NCBI GenBank assembly: GCA_963834235.1
Contig: CAWIAS010000008.1
Span: 69,192 to 133,191 of the forward strand
Direction of reading: 5' to 3'
DNA length: 64,000 nt
Origin: an uncultured Actinomycetota bacterium
Lineage (GTDB): Bacteria > Actinomycetota > Actinomycetes > Propionibacteriales > Nocardioidaceae
Shown here piece by piece: positions 29,794-39,998 of the stretch. The translations under genes were made by a program, and so were the position numbers. The notes under the pieces are model-generated. The model saw only the letters and a program-made list of their open reading frames with translations, did not search any database and was not told the DNA's origin. The number at the start of each line of letters is the position of its first letter. Positions within the stretch are counted from its first letter, which is position 1.

Positions 29794-31800
29794 GTGTCCG
29801 ACATCAAGGTCGTCCTCGTCCACGCCGATGTGCGTGAGGAGCGGACGGTCACGACGGGCACCAGGGCCTGGGAGCTCTTCTCCGAGGACCCCACCGTCAT
29901 CGCGGCGAGGGTCTCGACAAGCTCGACCGACGGAGGGGAGCTGCGCGACCTCGCCCACGAGCTCGCCGACGGCGACGAGGTCGAGGGCGTGGCGATCGAC
30001 AGCGCGGACGGGCGCGACATCCTGCGTCACTCCACCGCCCACGTGATGGCGCAGGCCGTCCAGGACCTCTTCCCGGACGCCAGGCTCGGCATCGGACCCC
30101 CGGTCGAGAACGGCTTCTACTACGACTTCGACGTCGAGACCCCGTTCGTGCCCGAGGACCTCGAGAAGATCGAGACCCGGATGCGCAAGATCGTCAAGGA
30201 GGGCCAGAAGTTCTCCCGTCGGGTCACCACCGACGCGGATGCCCTGACCGAGCTCCAGGACGAGCCCTACAAGCTCGAGCTGATCGGCCTGAAGGGTTCA
30301 GGGAAGTCTGACGACGCGGCCGAGGGTGCGAGCGTCGAGGTCGGTGCCGGCGAGCTCACGATCTACGACAACCTCAACCGCAAGGGCGAGGTGGCGTGGA
30401 GCGACCTGTGCCGCGGCCCGCACCTGCCCACCACGAAGCGGATCCCCGCGTTCAAGCTGATGCGCTCCGCGGCGGCGTACTGGCGCGGCGACGAGAAGAA
30501 CAAGCAGCTCCAGCGCATCTACGGCACCGCCTGGGAGTCCAAGGAGGCGCTCGAGGAGCACCTCCACCGGATCGAGGAGGCCGAGCGCCGCGACCACCGC
30601 AAGATCGGCCGCGACCTCGACCTGTTCAGCTTCCCCGACGAGATCGGCTCGGGGATGGTGGTCTTCCACCCCAAGGGCGGCGTGATCAAGCGGGTCATGG
30701 AGGACTACGTCCGCCAGCGCCACATCGAGGAGGGCTTCCAGTACGTCGGCACCCCGCACATCTCCAAGGAGGGGCTGTTCCACACCTCCGGGCACCTGCC
30801 GTACTACAAGGACACGATGTTCCCGCCCATGCAGATGGAGGGCAGCGACTACTACCTCAAGGCCATGAACTGCCCCATGCACAACCTGATCTTCAGGTCG
30901 CGCGGGCGGTCCTACCGTGAGCTGCCGCTCCGCCTCTTCGAGTTCGGCTCGGTCTACCGGTTCGAGAAGTCCGGCGTGGTGCACGGTCTGACCCGGGTCC
31001 GTGGCATGACGCAGGACGACTCCCACTCCTACGTCACCCCGGAGCAGGCACCCGCCGAGATCAAGCACCTGCTCGACTTCGTGCTCAGCCTGCTCAAGGA
31101 CTTCGGCCTCGACGACTTCTACCTCGAGCTGTCCACCCGTGACGACGCCAAGCCCGACAAGTTCGTCGGCTCCAACGAGGACTGGGTGACCGCCACGAAG
31201 ATCCTCGAGGACGTCGCCACCGGCTCCGGCCTCGAGCTGGTCCCCGACCCGGGCGGCGCCGCGTTCTACGGCCCGAAGATCTCGGTCCAGTGCCGCGACG
31301 CGATCGGCCGGACCTGGCAGATGTCGACCATCCAGTACGACTTCAACCAGCCGAAGGGCTTCGAGCTCGAGTTCCAGGCGGCTGACGGCACCCGTCAGCA
31401 GCCGGTGATGATCCACTCGGCCAAGTTCGGCTCGCTGGAGCGGTTCTTCGGCGTCCTCGTCGAGCACTACGCCGGCGCCTTCCCGCCCTGGCTCGCGCCG
31501 GTCCAGGTGCAGGGCATCCCGATCGCGGAGCGGCACAACGACTACCTGTACGACGTCACCCGGCGTATGCAGGCCGCGGGTCTGCGGGTCGAGGTGGACG
31601 ACTCCGACGACCGGATGCAGAAGAAGATCCGCAACGCCCAGCTGCAGAAGGTGCCGTTCATGGTGATCGCCGGCGACGACGACCTCGCGGCCGGTGCCGT
31701 CTCCTTCCGCTACCGCGACGGCCGCCAGGACAACGGCGTCCCGATCGACGAGGCGATTGCGCGCGTGCTGACAGCGGTCTCCTCGCGCACGCAGGTCTGA
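29794..31800 (+). CDS. thrS: Threonyl-tRNA synthetase
   Basis: [33 protein letters not shown] and FYGPK motifs. Confidence 0.99.
   Translation: MSDIKVVLVHADVREERTVTTGTRAWELFSEDPTVIAARVSTSSTDGGELRDLAHELADGDEVEGVAIDSADGRDILRHSTAHVMAQAVQDLFPDARLGIGPPVENGFYYDFDVETPFVPEDLEKIETRMRKIVKEGQKFSRRVTTDADALTELQDEPYKLELIGLKGSGKSDDAAEGASVEVGAGELTIYDNLNRKGEVAWSDLCRGPHLPTTKRIPAFKLMRSAAAYWRGDEKNKQLQRIYGTAWESKEALEEHLHRIEEAERRDHRKIGRDLDLFSFPDEIGSGMVVFHPKGGVIKRVMEDYVRQRHIEEGFQYVGTPHISKEGLFHTSGHLPYYKDTMFPPMQMEGSDYYLKAMNCPMHNLIFRSRGRSYRELPLRLFEFGSVYRFEKSGVVHGLTRVRGMTQDDSHSYVTPEQAPAEIKHLLDFVLSLLKDFGLDDFYLELSTRDDAKPDKFVGSNEDWVTATKILEDVATGSGLELVPDPGGAAFYGPKISVQCRDAIGRTWQMSTIQYDFNQPKGFELEFQAADGTRQQPVMIHSAKFGSLERFFGVLVEHYAGAFPPWLAPVQVQGIPIAERHNDYLYDVTRRMQAAGLRVEVDDSDDRMQKKIRNAQLQKVPFMVIAGDDDLAAGAVSFRYRDGRQDNGVPIDEAIARVLTAVSSRTQV
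29910..29928. repeat. REP-like palindromic unit GGTCTCGACAAGCTCGACC inside thrS
   Basis: Imperfect palindrome (GGTC...GACC) encoding VSTSSTD in frame, in the loop IAARV-[STSSTD]-GGELRDL; includes the rare ACA codon. Confidence 0.6.
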
Positions 31801-31805
31801 GTCCG

Positions 31806-32756
31806 GTGCTCCTGCGGACGGCGGGCCTGCTCGTGGCCGCAGGCCTCCTGCTGGGGTGCACCGACGGGGCCACGCCGGCGGAGGACGAGGCCGGCCCGGC
31901 CAAGCCGCGCCGCCCGACCTCGGTGGTGGAGCCGACGCAGGATCCGCGGGCGGCCGAGCTCGCGGCTCTCGCAGCACTCGCTGAGCAGGCAGCAGCGGCC
32001 CTGCCACCGCCGCGCACGCCCGAGCCCCGCTCCGAGCCCGTCCTCGGTGCGGACGTCAGCTGGCCGCAGTGTCCGCGCGGGATGGGGATTCCCGAGCGGC
32101 GCACTCTCGGCGCCCCGATGCCGCTGCCGCAGGCCGAGTTCGTGGTGATCGGCCTGACCAACGGTCCCGGCTTCACCTCGAACCCGTGCCTGGCCGAGCA
32201 GGTCGCGTGGGTACGCGAGCGGCGGCTGATGGCTGCGGCGTACGCCGTCGCGAGCCAGCCGAGCGACGCGCGGGTCGAGCAGCACGGCCGGGACGGGCCC
32301 TACGACGGGTCCACGGCCCTCGGCGCACTCGCGAACACCGGCTACCAGCAGGCGCTGATCAACGTCGCCGGACTGCGCCGGGCCGGGCTCAACACCCCGG
32401 TGATCTGGGTCGACGTCGAGCCGGTGGCCGACTTCGAGTGGAGCCCGGACGTCGTCGCCAACGCCGCGGTCGTCGAAGGCGCGGTGTCGGCCTACGCAGA
32501 TACCGGCTACCGCGTCGGCGTCTACTCCACACCCGCGCTCTGGCAAGCCATCGTCGGCGACCTCGCGCTCGGCCTGCCGGAGTGGCGGGCCGCCGGTCAG
32601 ACGTCGCGGGCGGAGGCGCTCGCGCGCTGCGGCCGGGACTGGTCGATCCAGGGTGGCGAGGCCGTCCTGGGTCAGTGGGTCGAGGCCGCCCGCGACCAGA
32701 ACGTCACCTGCCCGGGGCAGGAGCAGCGCCTCGGGCGCTGGTTCCACCAGTTCTGA
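31806..32756 (+). CDS. Lipoprotein with GH25-like (lysozyme/muramidase-fold) domain
   Basis: Lipobox LLLGC; GADVSWPQC, WVDVE (DxE) and GVYST motifs. Confidence 0.65.
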   Translation: MLLRTAGLLVAAGLLLGCTDGATPAEDEAGPAKPRRPTSVVEPTQDPRAAELAALAALAEQAAAALPPPRTPEPRSEPVLGADVSWPQCPRGMGIPERRTLGAPMPLPQAEFVVIGLTNGPGFTSNPCLAEQVAWVRERRLMAAAYAVASQPSDARVEQHGRDGPYDGSTALGALANTGYQQALINVAGLRRAGLNTPVIWVDVEPVADFEWSPDVVANAAVVEGAVSAYADTGYRVGVYSTPALWQAIVGDLALGLPEWRAAGQTSRAEALARCGRDWSIQGGEAVLGQWVEAARDQNVTCPGQEQRLGRWFHQF

Positions 32757-32758
32757 CC

Positions 32759-33243
32759 TCAGCGCACCGTCTTGACGTAGCGCCGGCAGGGAGAGACGTA
32801 CGTCGTGCCGCCCGCGGTCACCTCGTAGGGCAGCTCGCCCGCGTCCTCCCAGCCCCGAGAGGCGTAGAACGCCGCGGGCCCGGGCGTTCCCGTCGACCAC
32901 AGCCAGCCAGGCCACGGCGTGCCCGCTCTCGGCGACCTGCCGTTCGGCCTCGTCGAGCAGCCTCCCGGCGAGACCGCTGCCCCGGTGACCGGCCTCGACG
33001 TACACCTGCTCGACCTCGTCGCCGACGACCATGACGAAGCCGGCCACCGTGCCGTCGACCTCGGCGACGGTGGTGTCGACGGTCCGCAGTGGGGCTCGCT
33101 CGCCGAACGCCTCCCGGGTGCGGGCCGAGGTGAGGCCGTCGGGGACGTGCCCGGGGTGGGCGTCGTGCCAGTCCGCGGTGCCACAGGTCGGCGACGGCGG
33201 TGGCGTCGTCGGCGGTCGCGGGGCGGAGGGTCGGAGCGTTCAT
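32759..33243 (-). CDS. GNAT N-acetyltransferase, apparent frameshifts
   Basis: LRPAT, EVEQVYV, RGSGLA and GNARA...FY motifs. Confidence 0.8.
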
Positions 33244-33268
33244 GGGCCTGAGCCTAGGATCCAGCACC

Positions 33269-33805
33269 ATGGGTGACGAGACGATGCTCCAGGACGGCGT
33301 GGGCGACGCGGACGGCCTCGACCGGCTCTGGACCCCCCACCGGATGGCCTACATCCGCGGCGAGAACAAGCCGGCCGACGCTTCGGCGGGGGAGTGCCCG
33401 TTCTGCCGGGTCCCCGGCGGGACCGACCCGGACGGCCTGGTCGTGGCCCGCGGACGGCTGGTGTACGCCGTCTTGAACCTCTACCCGTACTCGCCCGGCC
33501 ACCTGTTGATCTGCCCCTACCGCCACATCGCCGACTACACCGAGACCACCGACGAGGAGGCCGCGGAGATGGCCGACCTCACCCGCCGGGCGATGACGGT
33601 GGTCCGCGCGGTGTCGGGCGCGCAGGGCTTCAACATCGGCCTCAACCAGGGAGCCGTCGCCGGCGCCGGCATCTCCGCGCACCTGCACCAGCACGTCGTG
33701 CCCCGCTGGCCCGGCGACCAGAACTTCATGCCCATCATCGGCCGGACCAAGACCCTGCCCGAGCTGCTGGTCGACACCCGCGACCTGCTCGCCGCCGCCT
33801 GGTAG
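33269..33805 (+). CDS. HIT family protein (Ap4A phosphorylase, Rv2613c-like)
   Basis: LWTPHRMAYI, CPFC, NLYPY and HLHQHVVPRW; conserved position after thrS. Confidence 0.92.
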   Translation: MGDETMLQDGVGDADGLDRLWTPHRMAYIRGENKPADASAGECPFCRVPGGTDPDGLVVARGRLVYAVLNLYPYSPGHLLICPYRHIADYTETTDEEAAEMADLTRRAMTVVRAVSGAQGFNIGLNQGAVAGAGISAHLHQHVVPRWPGDQNFMPIIGRTKTLPELLVDTRDLLAAAW

Positions 33806-33811
33806 ATCCGC

Positions 33812-34954
33812 TCAGGCCACCGCGTGGGGGTGCGGTGCGACCCGACCCTGGAACGCCAGGATCGCCGGGTTGACGACCCTCCCGTCCTGGATCTCGATGG
33901 CGCGGTTCACCGTCTCGTCGGCCGCCCACGCGGCCGGCCCCTCGAGGACCGTGCGCAGGAACGGCAGCAGGGCGGCGCTGTTCTCCCAGGTTGCCGAGCT
34001 CCAGAGGTACGACGGGCTGTGGTCGACGGCGTAGTAGGAGATCCCGTCGCCGACCTCGAACACCGGGTCGTCGAACGTGGTGGGGCGTGCCCAGCTGAAG
34101 CCCATCGCCTCGTCGCACGACACGTCCACGATCAGGCTGCCGCGCCGGAAGGCGGGGAGGTCCTCCTCGCGCAGATAGGTCAGCGGCGCGGCGGTGTCCT
34201 GCAGGGTGCAGTTGACGATGATGTCGTTCTCGGCGAGGTACGGCGCCAGCGGCATCCGGCCGCGCTCGGTGATGACGTGACTCACCGTCGGCTCGTCCGG
34301 TTCGTGGTCGAACTGCCGCACCAGGACCGAGTGGATCGGGGCGCCCACAGCGGCGACCCCACGCGTCGTGAGCACGACGACGTCGTGGACGCCGTGCGCC
34401 TTCAACGCGGTGACCGCCCCCCGCGCGGTGGCGCCGAAACCGATCACGACGGCGCTCAGGCGGCGACCGTAGTCGCCCGTGATGCCGGCCAGCTCCATCG
34501 CCTGGAGCACCGAGCAGTATCCGGCGAGCTCGTTGTTCTTGTGGAAGACGTGGAGCCCGACGTGGCCGTCCCGCGTCCAGTGGTTCATCGCCTCGAACGC
34601 GATCAGCGTGAGCTCGCGATCGATGGCGATCTGGGTCAACGCGGTGTCCTGGACGCAGTGCGGCCAGCCCCACAACACCTTGCCCACGCCCAGCGCCGCG
34701 ACGTCGGCGTGCTGCGGCTTCGGCAGCAGGACCACGTCGGAGCTCGCGAGGATCTCCTCGCGGGACGCGAAGCCGGCGACCAGCTCGGCCAGCTCGGCGT
34801 CGGGAACGCCGAACTTCTCGGCGTACCCGTGCTCGAGGGTGATCTGCGCGCGCAGGTCGGCGTCGAGGGTCGCCAGGTGATCGGGGTGCAGGGGGAGCCG
34901 GTGCTCGTTCTCCTTGGCCGAGGTCCCGATGATCCCCAGCCCCAGGAGAGTCAC
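33812..34954 (-). CDS. ceo: N5-(carboxyethyl)ornithine synthase-like (AlaDH/PNT superfamily)
   Basis: KENEHRLPLHP, WGWPHCVQ, VFHKNNELAGY, GFGATARGA (NADP-binding) and YAVDHSPS motifs. Confidence 0.8.
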   Translation of the reverse strand: MTLLGLGIIGTSAKENEHRLPLHPDHLATLDADLRAQITLEHGYAEKFGVPDAELAELVAGFASREEILASSDVVLLPKPQHADVAALGVGKVLWGWPHCVQDTALTQIAIDRELTLIAFEAMNHWTRDGHVGLHVFHKNNELAGYCSVLQAMELAGITGDYGRRLSAVVIGFGATARGAVTALKAHGVHDVVVLTTRGVAAVGAPIHSVLVRQFDHEPDEPTVSHVITERGRMPLAPYLAENDIIVNCTLQDTAAPLTYLREEDLPAFRRGSLIVDVSCDEAMGFSWARPTTFDDPVFEVGDGISYYAVDHSPSYLWSSATWENSAALLPFLRTVLEGPAAWAADETVNRAIEIQDGRVVNPAILAFQGRVAPHPHAVA

Positions 34955-35082
34955 TTGTGCTTGTGGTCGGGCTTGTCGGAGAACGATCCTTCGGAACCCT
35001 TGGCCCGCTTCTCGGCGCGCTTCTCCTTGATGGACTTGCCGGTCTTCTTGGTCATGCCTTGCCGAGGCGACTTGTCGCTCAT
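34951..35082 (-). CDS. Small Lys-rich protein (43 aa), coupled to ceo
   Basis: MSDKSPRQGMTKKTGKSIKEKRAEKRAKGSEGSFSDKPDHKHK*; AGGGAG RBS; upstream TACTGT -10; GTGA overlap with ceo. Confidence 0.7.
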   Translation of the reverse strand: MSDKSPRQGMTKKTGKSIKEKRAEKRAKGSEGSFSDKPDHKHK

Positions 35083-35193
35083 CGTGGCTCCCTGGTCGGA
35101 AGCCTGACTGGCTCCGTGCCCGTCACAGTACGCCTGCTCACCGCGGATGCCGGTCGTTCTGCTGCTGGGTTCACCCGCTAGCCTGCCGCCACC

Positions 35194-35812
35194 ATGTTGG
35201 ATCGCTTCAAGAACTTCTGGCAGGGCGTCATGCTGGCGCCCTTCATCAACCTGTTCATCCGTCTGGGCGTCAGCCCTGATGCGGTGACCGTGGTCGGCAC
35301 CCTCGGGGTCTCGGCCGGCGCGCTGGTGTTCTTCCCCCAGGGGATGCTCTGGCAGGGCGTGCTCGTGGTCACGGCGTTCGTCTTCAGCGATCTCGTCGAC
35401 GGCGCCATGGCCCGCAAGATGGGTCGGACCGACGACTTCGGAGCCTTCCTCGACTCGACGCTCGACCGGGTCGCCGACGCGGCGCTCTTCGGTGGCGTCG
35501 CGTGCTACTTCGCCTGGCAGGCCGAGGACCGGCTCTACCTCGTCCTGACCCTCGTCATCCTCGGGATGGGGGCGGTGACGTCCTACGCCCGCGCCAAGGC
35601 CGACGTGCTCGGCTACGACGCCAAGGTCGGGCATCGCCGAGCGGCCCGATCGCCTCGTCGGCCTGCTGGTGCCGATGTTCTTCGCGGACGTGCTCGACCT
35701 GCCTGTCCTGCTGCACATCTCGTTGTGGGTGCTGGCCGTCGCGGCCACCGTGACCGTCGTCCAGCGGATCTGGGTCGTACGCCGCCAGGCGCTCGCCCGC
35801 GCCGCCTCCTGA
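35194..35812 (+). CDS. pgsA: Phosphatidylinositol-phosphate synthase (CDP-alcohol phosphotransferase), frameshift near 35630
   Basis: [15 protein letters not shown]...[20 protein letters not shown] and AERPDR motifs. Confidence 0.9.
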
Positions 35813-35861
35813 CCGTCTCCCCGGATGCGGTGAGCCGGGCGTGTCGCCGTACGATGGCGGC

Positions 35862-36782
35862 ATGAACGACGTCATCGAGAACGCGCCCGAATCCAGCTCC
35901 GCCGGCACCGGCACGAACCGCGTGAAGCGCGGCATGGCGGAGATGCTCAAGGGTGGCGTGATCATGGACGTGGTCACGGCCGAGCAGGCCAAGATCGCCG
36001 AGGACGCCGGCGCCGTCGCCGTGATGGCGCTGGAGCGGGTGCCGGCCGACATCCGTGCCCAGGGCGGCGTCTCACGGATGAGCGACCCGGACATGATCGA
36101 CTCGATCATCGAGACGGTCTCGATCCCGGTGATGGCCAAGGCCCGGATCGGGCACTTCGCGGAGGCGCAGGTGCTGCAGAGCCTCGGTGTCGACTACATC
36201 GACGAGTCCGAGGTGCTGACCCCGGCCGACTACGCCAACCACATCGACAAGTGGCAGTTCACGGTGCCCTTCGTCTGCGGTGCGACCAACCTGGGTGAGG
36301 CGCTGCGCCGGATCACCGAGGGCGCGGCGATGATCCGGTCCAAGGGCGAGGCCGGCACCGGCGACGTGTCCAACGCCGTCACCCACATGCGCACCATCCG
36401 CGCCGAGCTGCGTCGCCTCCAGGGCATGGAGGCCGACGAGCTGTTCGTCGCGGCGAAGGAGCTCCAGGCCCCCTACGACCTGGTCAAGGAGGTCGCCGCG
36501 GCGGGCAAGCTCCCGGTCGTGCTCTTCACCGCGGGTGGCATCGCGACGCCTGCGGACGCGGCGATGATGATGCAGCTGGGCGCCGAGGGCGTGTTCGTGG
36601 GTTCGGGCATCTTCAAGTCCGGCAACCCCGAGCAGCGGGCACGCGCGATCGTCGAGGCGACCACGTTCCACGACGACCCCGACGTGATCGCCAAGGTCTC
36701 GCGTGGCCTGGGCGAGGCGATGGTCGGCATCAACGTCGAGGAGATCCCGCAGCCGCACCGGCTCGCGGAGCGCGGCTGGTAG
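35862..36782 (+). CDS. pdxS: PLP synthase lyase subunit
   Basis: [24 protein letters not shown] and [10 protein letters not shown] motifs. Confidence 0.98.
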   Translation: MNDVIENAPESSSAGTGTNRVKRGMAEMLKGGVIMDVVTAEQAKIAEDAGAVAVMALERVPADIRAQGGVSRMSDPDMIDSIIETVSIPVMAKARIGHFAEAQVLQSLGVDYIDESEVLTPADYANHIDKWQFTVPFVCGATNLGEALRRITEGAAMIRSKGEAGTGDVSNAVTHMRTIRAELRRLQGMEADELFVAAKELQAPYDLVKEVAAAGKLPVVLFTAGGIATPADAAMMMQLGAEGVFVGSGIFKSGNPEQRARAIVEATTFHDDPDVIAKVSRGLGEAMVGINVEEIPQPHRLAERGW

Positions 36783-36801
36783 TCGCCCACCCGGCAGTCG
36801 G

Positions 36802-37959
36802 TCAGCGCAGCGCCCACGTGACGACCCGGGCGGCATCTGCCAGCCCGTAGGGCTGCTCCGCGTCCGAGGACGACGCGCCCAGGCGGACCACGATCGTCCG
36901 CGAGCGGGGGTCCACCATGGCGATCTGACCCCCGAGGCCGATCGCCGAGTAGAGCGACGCCGGTGCGCCGGGGACGAGTCGACCCGCACGTGTCTCGAGC
37001 GGCTGACCGTCCTCGTCGACGGGATCGGTGGCTCCGCGCAGCTGCCCGCGGCGGTTGAGCCACCACAGGTGACCGTAGGCGGCGTTGTGATCGGTGGACG
37101 GGCCGCCGACCGACCGCTTGACGAAGCTCTCGGACAGGATCCGCTCCGACCGGACCTTGCCCTGCTTCAGGTACAGCTGGGCGAAGCGGGCGAGGTCGAG
37201 GCAGGTGGTCTGGAGCCCGAAGTAGGTGTTGGTCGACCGACCGCTGGTGTCCTTGGTCATCCGCGTGTGGGTCATGCCGAGGGGTGCGAACAGCCGCTCG
37301 GTGGCGAACTCGCTCGTGGGCAGGCCGGTCGCCTTCGTGAGCACCCGGTCGAGCACCTGGATGGCCGCGTTGTTGTAGGCCCAGGCCGAGCCGGGCTCGT
37401 GCTGCTGGGAGAGCTCGACGGCGTACTTCGTGCGGTTGGGCGACCCACCCAGGTCGAAGTAGTCCGACTGCAGCGACCAGAAGCGGCCGCTGTCGTTGGC
37501 GAGCAGGTTGCGGACGGTGACCGTGCGCGAGTCCGTGCCCCGCCAGGAACGGACGTAGCGGGACACGCGATCAGCCACCTCGAGGTCACCGTCGCGGACG
37601 GCGATCCCGACCAGGGCGCTGGTGACCGACTTCGTGACCGAGAAGACCTCCCGGGGAGCGGTCCGGGACACGCCCCAGTTCCGGTCATCGACCAGGCGCC
37701 CGTTGCGGACCACCGCGTAGCAGGAGCTGTCGAGCCGCTTCGCGTCCCGCGCGAGCGCCGTGAGGCGCTTCGGCCGAAACCCGACTGACCGGGGAGAGGC
37801 GGTGGGCCAGCCGTCGACCCGGTCGGTCCGGCCCGAGGAATCGGAGGCGCCGGGGGCCGCGGCATCGGGAACCGTCGTCACCGGTGCGGCGGAGCAGCCG
37901 ACCAGCAGGACCCCCGACAGGGCAGCGGTCACCAGGGCGTGGGATCGGGGAAGCCGCAT
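36802..37959 (-). CDS. Lipoprotein serine hydrolase (beta-lactamase class C/PBP-like family)
   Basis: Lipobox LVGC; FSVTKS (SxxK), YNN (YxN), LFAPLGM and YGHLWW motifs. Confidence 0.88.
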   Translation of the reverse strand: MRLPRSHALVTAALSGVLLVGCSAAPVTTVPDAAAPGASDSSGRTDRVDGWPTASPRSVGFRPKRLTALARDAKRLDSSCYAVVRNGRLVDDRNWGVSRTAPREVFSVTKSVTSALVGIAVRDGDLEVADRVSRYVRSWRGTDSRTVTVRNLLANDSGRFWSLQSDYFDLGGSPNRTKYAVELSQQHEPGSAWAYNNAAIQVLDRVLTKATGLPTSEFATERLFAPLGMTHTRMTKDTSGRSTNTYFGLQTTCLDLARFAQLYLKQGKVRSERILSESFVKRSVGGPSTDHNAAYGHLWWLNRRGQLRGATDPVDEDGQPLETRAGRLVPGAPASLYSAIGLGGQIAMVDPRSRTIVVRLGASSSDAEQPYGLADAARVVTWALR

Positions 37960-38000
37960 GCGCTCGATGATAGGTCGCGGCCCCGCCCTAGGCTCGCGTC

Positions 38001-38597
38001 GTGACCTCGACGATCGGCGTGCTCGCCCTGCAGGGTGACGTCCGTGAGCACCTGCGCATGCTCGACGCGCTCGGAGTCACGGCCGTTCCGGTCCGCCGAC
38101 CCGCCGAGATCGACGCCTGTCACGGCCTGATCATCCCGGGCGGGGAGTCGACCACGATGGTCAAGCTGGCGCGCACCTTCGGCCTGTTCGACCCCCTCCG
38201 CGCAGCCATCGCGTCCGGGCTGCCCGCGTTCGGGACCTGCGCCGGGATGATCCTGCTCGCCGAGCGCATCGAGGACGGCACCTCTGACCAGGAGACCCTC
38301 GGCGGACTCGACATCACCGTGCGGCGCAACGCCTTCGGGCGGCAGGTCGACTCCTTCGAGGGTGACGTCGACTTCGCCGGTCTCGACGACCCGGTGCACG
38401 CGGTCTTCATCCGTGCGCCCTGGGTCGAGCAGGTCGGTGACGACGTGTCGGTCCTCGCGCGTGTGGACCACGGGCCCGCCGCAGGTAGGATCGTCGCGGT
38501 CCGGCAGGGCCCGCTGATGGCGACGTCCTTCCACCCGGAGGTGGGGGGCGACTCCCGGATCCACGCACAGTTCGTGGATCTGGTCACGCACGGATAA
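38001..38597 (+). CDS. pdxT: PLP synthase glutaminase subunit
   Basis: GVLALQG, PGGEST, GTCAG, RNAFGRQ and FHPE motifs. Confidence 0.97.
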   Translation: MTSTIGVLALQGDVREHLRMLDALGVTAVPVRRPAEIDACHGLIIPGGESTTMVKLARTFGLFDPLRAAIASGLPAFGTCAGMILLAERIEDGTSDQETLGGLDITVRRNAFGRQVDSFEGDVDFAGLDDPVHAVFIRAPWVEQVGDDVSVLARVDHGPAAGRIVAVRQGPLMATSFHPEVGGDSRIHAQFVDLVTHG

Positions 38598-38609
38598 GAA
38601 GAGGGACGC

Positions 38610-39374
38610 ATGTCTGGCCACTCCAAATGGGCGACCACGAAGCACAAGAAGGCCGCCGTCGACGCCAAGCGCGGCAAGATGTTCGCCAAGCTGGTCAAGA
38701 ACATCGAGGTCGCGGCGCGGATGGGCGGCGGTGACCTCACGGGCAACCCGACGCTCTACGACGCCGTCCAGAAGGCGAAGAAGTCGTCGGTGCCCAACGA
38801 CAACATCGATCGCGCCGTCAAGCGTGGCTCCGGCGCCGAGACCGGGGGCGCTGACTACCAGACGATCATGTACGAGGGCTACGGACCGTCGGGCGTGGCG
38901 ATGCTGATCGAGTGCCTGACCGACAACAAGAACCGGGCCGCCATGGAGGTCCGCACCGTGATGAGCCGCAATGGCGGCTCGCTGGCCGACCCCGGCTCGG
39001 TGTCGTTCCTCTTCAACCGCAAGGGCGTCGTCATCGTCCCGGTCGACCAGGAGGGCAAGCAGGTCAGCGAGGACGACATCCTCGAGGCCACCCTCGAGGC
39101 CGGTGCCGACGCGGTCAACGACCTGGGGGAGTCCTTCGAGGTGATCTCCGAGGCCACCGACCTGGTGGCCGTCCGCAGCGCCCTCCAGGCGGCCGGCGTC
39201 GACTACGACTCCGCGGACGCGTCCTTCGTGCCCGACATGCAGGTGCAGCTGGACGCCGACGGGGCGGGCAAGGTGTTCCGGCTGATCGACGCCCTCGAGG
39301 ACCTCGACGACGTGCAGAACATCTTCGCCAACTTCGACGTCTCCGACGAGATCATGGAGTCGCTCGAGGCCTGA
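38610..39374 (+). CDS. yebC: YebC/PmpR family protein
   Basis: MSGHSKW, YEGYGP, TDNKNR and LEDLDDVQ motifs. Confidence 0.97.
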   Translation: MSGHSKWATTKHKKAAVDAKRGKMFAKLVKNIEVAARMGGGDLTGNPTLYDAVQKAKKSSVPNDNIDRAVKRGSGAETGGADYQTIMYEGYGPSGVAMLIECLTDNKNRAAMEVRTVMSRNGGSLADPGSVSFLFNRKGVVIVPVDQEGKQVSEDDILEATLEAGADAVNDLGESFEVISEATDLVAVRSALQAAGVDYDSADASFVPDMQVQLDADGAGKVFRLIDALEDLDDVQNIFANFDVSDEIMESLEA

Positions 39375-39425
39375 GACCTCGCGTGTCGTCCGGCGTTCCG
39401 TCGTACGACCGGGTTAGCGTTGCCT

Positions 39426-39441
39426 CCGAACAGATGTTCGG
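39426..39441. promoter_or_regulatory. LexA (SOS) box upstream of ruvCAB
   Basis: CCGAAC-AGAT-GTTCGG, 5 nt after a TAGCGT -10 and 14 nt before the ruvC ATG. Confidence 0.85.
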
Positions 39442-39455
39442 ACGAAAGGCGACTC

Positions 39456-39998
39456 ATGCGCGTGCTCGGGATCGACCCCGGCCTGACCCGATGCGGGCTG
39501 GGCGTGGTCGACGGCACGGTCGGCCGACCACTCACCCTGATCGACGTCAACGTCGTGCGCACCAGCGCCGACGTGCCGGTGGCGCAGCGCCTGGTCACGA
39601 TCCTGGCCGGTATCGAGGCGTGGCTCGACGAGTACTCCCCGGACGCCGTCGCCGTCGAGCGCGTCTTCGCCCGCTCCGACTCCAGCACCATCATGGGCAC
39701 CGCCCAGGCCAGCGGGCTGGCGCTGGTCGCAGCCGCGCGCCGCGGCCTGCCGGTCGCCCTGCACACGCCCAGCGAGGTCAAGGCGGCCGTCTCCGGCAGC
39801 GGTCGTGCCGACAAGGCGCAGGTCGGCGCGATGGTCGCCCGCATCCTGCGGCTCGACGCGCCCCCCAAGCCGGCCGATGCCGCCGACGCCCTCGCCCTCG
39901 CCATCACCCACATCTGGCGCGGCGGTGCGCAGGCGCGGATCGATGCCGCGCTCGCGGCCCAGCGCCTTGCCGTGGCCAGCCGAAGGAGCTCCTCGTGA
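39456..39998 (+). CDS. ruvC: Holliday junction resolvase
   Basis: [21 protein letters not shown] and DAADALALA motifs. Confidence 0.97.
   Translation: MRVLGIDPGLTRCGLGVVDGTVGRPLTLIDVNVVRTSADVPVAQRLVTILAGIEAWLDEYSPDAVAVERVFARSDSSTIMGTAQASGLALVAAARRGLPVALHTPSEVKAAVSGSGRADKAQVGAMVARILRLDAPPKPADAADALALAITHIWRGGAQARIDAALAAQRLAVASRRSSS

Noticed and set aside
39399..39420. PafBC-type motif upstream of ruvC
   Set aside because: CGTCGT-N10-TAGCGT has two mismatches in the hexamer, too weak to call; only the LexA box is reported.
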